NCBI GenBank assembly: GCA_947313885.1
Contig: CAMZNU010000002.1
Coordinates: forward strand, 4,321 to 68,320
Length of the DNA stretch: 64,000 nt
DNA from: an uncultured Clostridia bacterium
Lineage (GTDB): Bacteria; Bacillota; Clostridia; Lachnospirales; CAMZNU01
Reading direction: 5' to 3'
The position numbers and the translations under genes are program-made. Below are positions 59,894 to 64,000 of this stretch, one piece after another (position 1 is the first letter of the stretch; each line of letters starts with the position of its first letter). The notes under the pieces are model-generated. The model worked only from the letters and a program-made list of their open reading frames with translations. It was not told the DNA's origin and did not search any database.

Positions 59894-61258
59894 ATGGCAA
59901 AGGTAAGATTTGTATATGTATGTCGAGAATGTGGATATGAAACACCAAAATGGATGGGCAAATGTCTAGATTGTGGTTCATTTAATAGTTTTACAGAAGA
60001 TGCTATAGAAGAAAAAAAAAAGGTTACAGCGCACACATTAACAAGTACAAAACCTATGCGGTTATCGGAAATAGAGATTTTAAAAAGTAATAGACTAAAA
60101 ACGGAGTTTGAGGAATTAAATAGAGTTTTAAGTGGTGGTTTAGTAGATGGATCTCTTACGTTAGTAGGTGGTGACCCAGGGATTGGAAAGTCTACATTGC
60201 TGTTACAAATATGCCAAGGTATATGTGAGGACAAAAAAGAAGTAATATATATATCAGGTGAGGAATCAGTACAGCAAATAAAACTTAGAGCGAATAGGTT
60301 AAATATAACTAGTGAAAATTTATTATTGATGGCAGAGACAGACATGAATAATATAGAAAGTGTTATAAAACGAAACAAGCCAACATTAGTAATAATAGAT
60401 TCTATACAGACTATGTATAGGGAAGATATTAATTCATCGGCGGGAAGTGTAACCCAAACAAGAGAATGTGTAACTACATTTATGAAATTAGCAAAAGGTT
60501 TAAATGTATCAATAATATTAGTAGGACACGTTACTAAAGAAGGAAATTTAGCAGGACCTAAAATGCTAGAACATATGGTAGACACAGTTATATACTTCGA
60601 AGGTGATAAAAATGCAAGTTATAGGTTAATAAGAGCGGTGAAAAACAGGTTTGGTTCTACAAATGAGATAGGAATATTTGAGATGAGAGCAGAAGGTTTA
60701 GTAGAGATTACAAACCCGTCAGAATATATGTTATCGGGAAGACCAATAGATATGCCAGGGTCAGTAATTACGTGTAGCGTAGAAGGTACAAGACCAATAT
60801 TAACGGAGGTTCAAGCGTTAGTAAGTATAACAAATTTTGGAATGCCAAGACGTACAGCAAACGGGATAGACTATAATAAAGTAGTTATGTTAATGGCAGT
60901 ATTAGAAAAAAGGGCGAGTATGCAACTTAGTAACTATGATGCATATGTAAATTTAGCAGGTGGCATGAAAATAGTAGAGCCGTCGTTAGATGTAGCGATA
61001 ATATCGGCAATAGCATCAAGTTATAAAAATATAGCAATAGATCCGTATACGATGGTATTAGGAGAAGTTGGTTTAACAGGAGAAATAAGAGCCGTAACAA
61101 ATGTAGAAAAAAGAGTTAAGGAAGGAAAAAAATTGGGATTTAAGCAATGTATAATTCCACAAGCAAATTTAAAAGGGTTAGAAAATCTAGGTAGTATGAA
61201 AGTGTACGGAGTTAGTAATATAGGAGAATTAATACAACTATTATTTAAAGGAAAGTGA
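59894..61258 (+). CDS. radA: DNA repair protein RadA/Sms
   Basis: CRECGYETPKWMGKCLDCGSFN, GGDPGIGKSTLLLQ, KNRFGSTNEIGIFEM. Confidence 0.97.
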   Translation: MAKVRFVYVCRECGYETPKWMGKCLDCGSFNSFTEDAIEEKKKVTAHTLTSTKPMRLSEIEILKSNRLKTEFEELNRVLSGGLVDGSLTLVGGDPGIGKSTLLLQICQGICEDKKEVIYISGEESVQQIKLRANRLNITSENLLLMAETDMNNIESVIKRNKPTLVIIDSIQTMYREDINSSAGSVTQTRECVTTFMKLAKGLNVSIILVGHVTKEGNLAGPKMLEHMVDTVIYFEGDKNASYRLIRAVKNRFGSTNEIGIFEMRAEGLVEITNPSEYMLSGRPIDMPGSVITCSVEGTRPILTEVQALVSITNFGMPRRTANGIDYNKVVMLMAVLEKRASMQLSNYDAYVNLAGGMKIVEPSLDVAIISAIASSYKNIAIDPYTMVLGEVGLTGEIRAVTNVEKRVKEGKKLGFKQCIIPQANLKGLENLGSMKVYGVSNIGELIQLLFKGK

Positions 61259-61268
61259 TGGTGAAAAT

Positions 61269-62582
61269 ATGAATAGTTTAAAAATTATAAGAAATTATCT
61301 AGCAATAGTTATGGGATTTGTAATAGTATCATCGGGAGGAATGTTTTTAGGGATTAGAGCTTATGAAATGTTGTACGTTGAGGAAAGTACAGGACCATCA
61401 AATAATTTTTATGAAAAAGAAGATGACGATAAAAAAATTGAAGATGAAGATGAAGAAAAAAGCGGATTTTTAAAAGCACCGAAGAAAACAAACTTTGTAC
61501 TATTAGGAGTAGATGAAAATGAATATTTAACAGATGTAATAATGGTAGGTAGTTTTGATAGGGATTCGCAAGTAATAGATATAATATCAATACCGCGTGA
61601 TACATATACAGAGTTTAGTAGTGAAGAAAAAGCAAAGTTAAACAAAATAGGTATTTATCCGCCAGACATGATGAAATATAATGCAGTACATAGTTATACA
61701 AAAGATGCATTAGGTACAGAGTTTATGATTGAGCATATAACAGATAACTTTGGTATTAAAATTGATTACTATGCAAAAGTTAATTTAAAAGGATTTAGAG
61801 ATATAGTAGATGCTATAGGCGGAGTGGAGTTTGACGTACCAGTGGACATGGTATATAGTGATCCTTTGCAAAATTTATATATAAATGTGCCAAAAGGCAA
61901 ACGAGTGTTAACAGGGAAAGAGGCAGAGGGAGTAGTGAGATATAGATCGGGGTATGTAGGTGGAGATTTAAAGAGGTTAGAAGTGCAACAAGATTTTATG
62001 GTAGCAATGTTTAAAAAACTTTTATCTTTTGAAACTATAATAACAAAACCTATGGAAATATTAAGAATAATTATATCTAATGTAGAAACTAACTTTAAGT
62101 TAACAGATGCACCTAAGTATGTGGAGTATTTACCAAAGTTAAGTTTAGATAAATTTAATACCCATACGATGCCAATAGATGAAGATAAATTAACACAGTC
62201 AACATATGTTATACCTGATAAGGATAAGTTAACAAAATTAGTTAATGAAATATTTTATGGTGACAGACTTTTTACAATTGAAGGCAAGGATGCGGTGTAT
62301 AATAAAGAGATAGAAGTCTTAAACGGTTCAAAGATAAACGGCTTAGCAGGTAAAACGAAAGAAAAATTAACAGAGTTAGGGTTTAATGTAACTAGTTATG
62401 GGACGTACCAAGATGATGGTGAAGGATTTATGAATGAGACGAGAATAAAAGTAAAAGCAGGAATAAATATAGAGGAGTTAGAGAAACATTTTGAAAATCC
62501 GAGTGTTGAATATACGTTAAAGAAAAGTGATTTATATGATATACAAATAATAATAGGTTTAGATGGTAAAGTTATAGAATAA
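61269..62582 (+). CDS. LCP (LytR-CpsA-Psr) family protein
   Basis: NFVLLGVDENEYLTDVIMVGSFDRDSQVIDIISIPRDTY; AVHSYTKDALG; GVEFDVPVDM; VRYRSGYVGGDLKRLEVQQDFM. Confidence 0.92.
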   Translation: MNSLKIIRNYLAIVMGFVIVSSGGMFLGIRAYEMLYVEESTGPSNNFYEKEDDDKKIEDEDEEKSGFLKAPKKTNFVLLGVDENEYLTDVIMVGSFDRDSQVIDIISIPRDTYTEFSSEEKAKLNKIGIYPPDMMKYNAVHSYTKDALGTEFMIEHITDNFGIKIDYYAKVNLKGFRDIVDAIGGVEFDVPVDMVYSDPLQNLYINVPKGKRVLTGKEAEGVVRYRSGYVGGDLKRLEVQQDFMVAMFKKLLSFETIITKPMEILRIIISNVETNFKLTDAPKYVEYLPKLSLDKFNTHTMPIDEDKLTQSTYVIPDKDKLTKLVNEIFYGDRLFTIEGKDAVYNKEIEVLNGSKINGLAGKTKEKLTELGFNVTSYGTYQDDGEGFMNETRIKVKAGINIEELEKHFENPSVEYTLKKSDLYDIQIIIGLDGKVIE

Positions 62583-62587
62583 AATAC

Positions 62588-62616
62588 TTGTAATTATATA
62601 AAAAAGAATGTATAAT
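62588..62616 (+). promoter_or_regulatory. predicted sigmaA-type promoter for rplS
   Basis: TTGTAA (62588-62593), 17-bp spacer, TATAAT (62611-62616). Confidence 0.6.
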
Positions 62617-62630
62617 ACTGTGTGTATAAG

Positions 62631-62675
62631 AAATGTTCCGCTGTTATTACATAGTGTATTGGATAAGAACATTTT
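62631..62675 (+). ncRNA. structured rplS 5' leader, candidate L19-type autoregulatory leader
   Basis: Outer stem AAATGTTC / GAACATTT and inner CGCTG/TAGTG (G-U containing) immediately upstream of rplS. Confidence 0.5.
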
Positions 62676-62696
62676 ATAGATAAAAAGGAGAAAGAT

Positions 62697-63053
62697 ATGA
62701 ACGCAACAATAATAAGAGAAATTGAGAAAGAACAATTAAGAAGTGATATTACAGATTTCAACGTAGGTGATACAGTACGTGTATATGCTAAAATCGTTGA
62801 AGGAACAAGAGAAAGAGTTCAAATGTTTGAAGGTGTAGTACTTAAGAAACAAAACGGAAGCTTAAGAGAAAACTTTACAGTTAGAAAAATCGCAAGTGGT
62901 GTAGGGGTTGAAAAAACTTGGTTAATGCATTCACCAAGATTAGAAAAAATTGAAGTTGTACGACGCGGTATAGTAAGAAGGGCAAAATTATACTACTTAA
63001 GAGATAGAGTAGGAAAAGCGGCTAAAGTTAAAGAAGATATAAGAAATAGATAA
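62697..63053 (+). CDS. rplS: 50S ribosomal protein L19
   Basis: [64 protein letters not shown]. Confidence 0.98.
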   Translation: MNATIIREIEKEQLRSDITDFNVGDTVRVYAKIVEGTRERVQMFEGVVLKKQNGSLRENFTVRKIASGVGVEKTWLMHSPRLEKIEVVRRGIVRRAKLYYLRDRVGKAAKVKEDIRNR

Positions 63054-63063
63054 TAAAAAAATA

Positions 63064-63094
63064 AAAAAAAAAACCACTTAGGTGGTTTTTTTTA
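63064..63094 (+). terminator. terminator after rplS
   Basis: AAAAAACCAC-ttag-GTGGTTTTTT. Confidence 0.85.
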
Positions 63095-63129
63095 TATTAT
63101 AAAAATATGAGAAAAATTAGGAGGGAAAA

Positions 63130-64000
63130 ATGAAAAATAGAAAACCAGAGAAAAAAATAGACGAGAGAGATACGATGTTTGCGAGAATGAAATATGTAGA
63201 AGGAAGTAAAGAATATAAAGATTATTATTTAAGAAATAAACATTTAAAAGAAATAGATGATAATTTAAGAAGTAAGGGAGGGATTGGAGCTGATGATACG
63301 GTATTTTATAATGAAGGTGTATCAGAAGCTATTAATAGTAATTTTAAGTTACTAAATGATATAAAACATTTATCAAAAATAGAAAGAGGTAGCGAGAAAA
63401 TAGAGATAAATGAAAAAAGGGTTACAAATATAATAAAAGGGTTGTGTAAAACCTATGGTGCATTAGACGTTAGTGTAGTAGAGCTTAAAGATGAGCATTA
63501 TTATTCACATAGAGGTAGAGATGAATTTTATGGTGATGAAATAACAGAAAATATGAAACATAAGTATGGAATTGTATTTACTGTACAGATGGAAAAGGAA
63601 ATGATAAATACAGCACCACGAACGCCTGCAACGTTACAGTCATCAAAAAGTTATGTAGACTTAAGTATAATAGGATTACAAATAGGATATTATATATCAA
63701 GTTTAGGGTATGATAGTTTTGTAAATATGGATGCTAATTATTTGTTAAACGTAGTGCGGGTAGCAAATGATAGCCCATTAGGAGAAGTTGGTAGAAACAA
63801 TTTATTAATAACACCTAAAAATGGTGCAAGTGTAAGAATTGGAGTAGTAGCTACAAACATTCCGTTAGTCATTGATAAAAATAAAACCTATGGAATAAAA
63901 GAACATATGTGTTCTATATGTAATTTGTGCGGTGTTACGTGTCCGTCAAAGTCAATAGATTTAAGTGATGATGAAAATAAGTGGTCAATAAATCAAGAAA
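63130..64000 (+). CDS. reductive dehalogenase-like / QueG-related corrinoid Fe-S protein, 3' end outside window (absent from supplied ORF track)
   Basis: Open frame to window end: DERDTMFARMKYVEGSKEYKDYY, ISSLGYDSFVNMDAN, SPLGEVGRNNLLITPKNGASVRIGVVATNIPLVIDK, CSICNLCGVTCPSKSI. Confidence 0.75.
   Translation, partial: MKNRKPEKKIDERDTMFARMKYVEGSKEYKDYYLRNKHLKEIDDNLRSKGGIGADDTVFYNEGVSEAINSNFKLLNDIKHLSKIERGSEKIEINEKRVTNIIKGLCKTYGALDVSVVELKDEHYYSHRGRDEFYGDEITENMKHKYGIVFTVQMEKEMINTAPRTPATLQSSKSYVDLSIIGLQIGYYISSLGYDSFVNMDANYLLNVVRVANDSPLGEVGRNNLLITPKNGASVRIGVVATNIPLVIDKNKTYGIKEHMCSICNLCGVTCPSKSIDLSDDENKWSINQE

Noticed and set aside
59890-60585. 231-aa minus-strand ORF opposite radA
   Set aside because: Antisense to the strongly supported radA frame; no recognisable family; long antisense frames are frequent in this AT-rich sequence.

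Overview
This is an AT-rich, Firmicutes/Clostridia-like chromosomal window, mostly coding on the + strand. Left to right it holds: the end of a purine operon (purF'-purM-purN-purH-purD); a carbohydrate locus (AraC-GH39 fusion, beta-PGM-like phosphatase, GH3, sulfatase, GPH-type transporter, anaerobic sulfatase maturase); ptb-buk, a DUF368 transporter and a DUF2225 protein, flanked by inverted degenerate repeat-element copies; ung; the spermidine genes speD/decarboxylase/speE/speB; spoIIID; uppS-cdsA-dxr-rseP; rnr, tkt, addB; a redox island; ispG-polC; nifJ; two tandem AGCS symporters; rng, radA, an LCP protein, rplS; and a truncated reductive-dehalogenase-like gene. The strongest candidate for an undescribed system is the redox island at 36955..45352. 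It encodes an APH/choline-kinase-like domain fused to a Crp/Fnr regulator, CcdA and TlpA-like proteins, a divergent cytochrome bd pair with an altered and shortened Q-loop region, and an Rnf-like complex. That complex has no RnfC, an RnfD without an SGAT flavinylation motif, an RnfB reduced to its N-terminal Fe-S domain, and a small unannotated Cys-rich membrane protein. I infer a bd-type terminal reductase coupled to a minimal Rnf-like module. All similarity statements come from motif recognition by eye; no database search was run.
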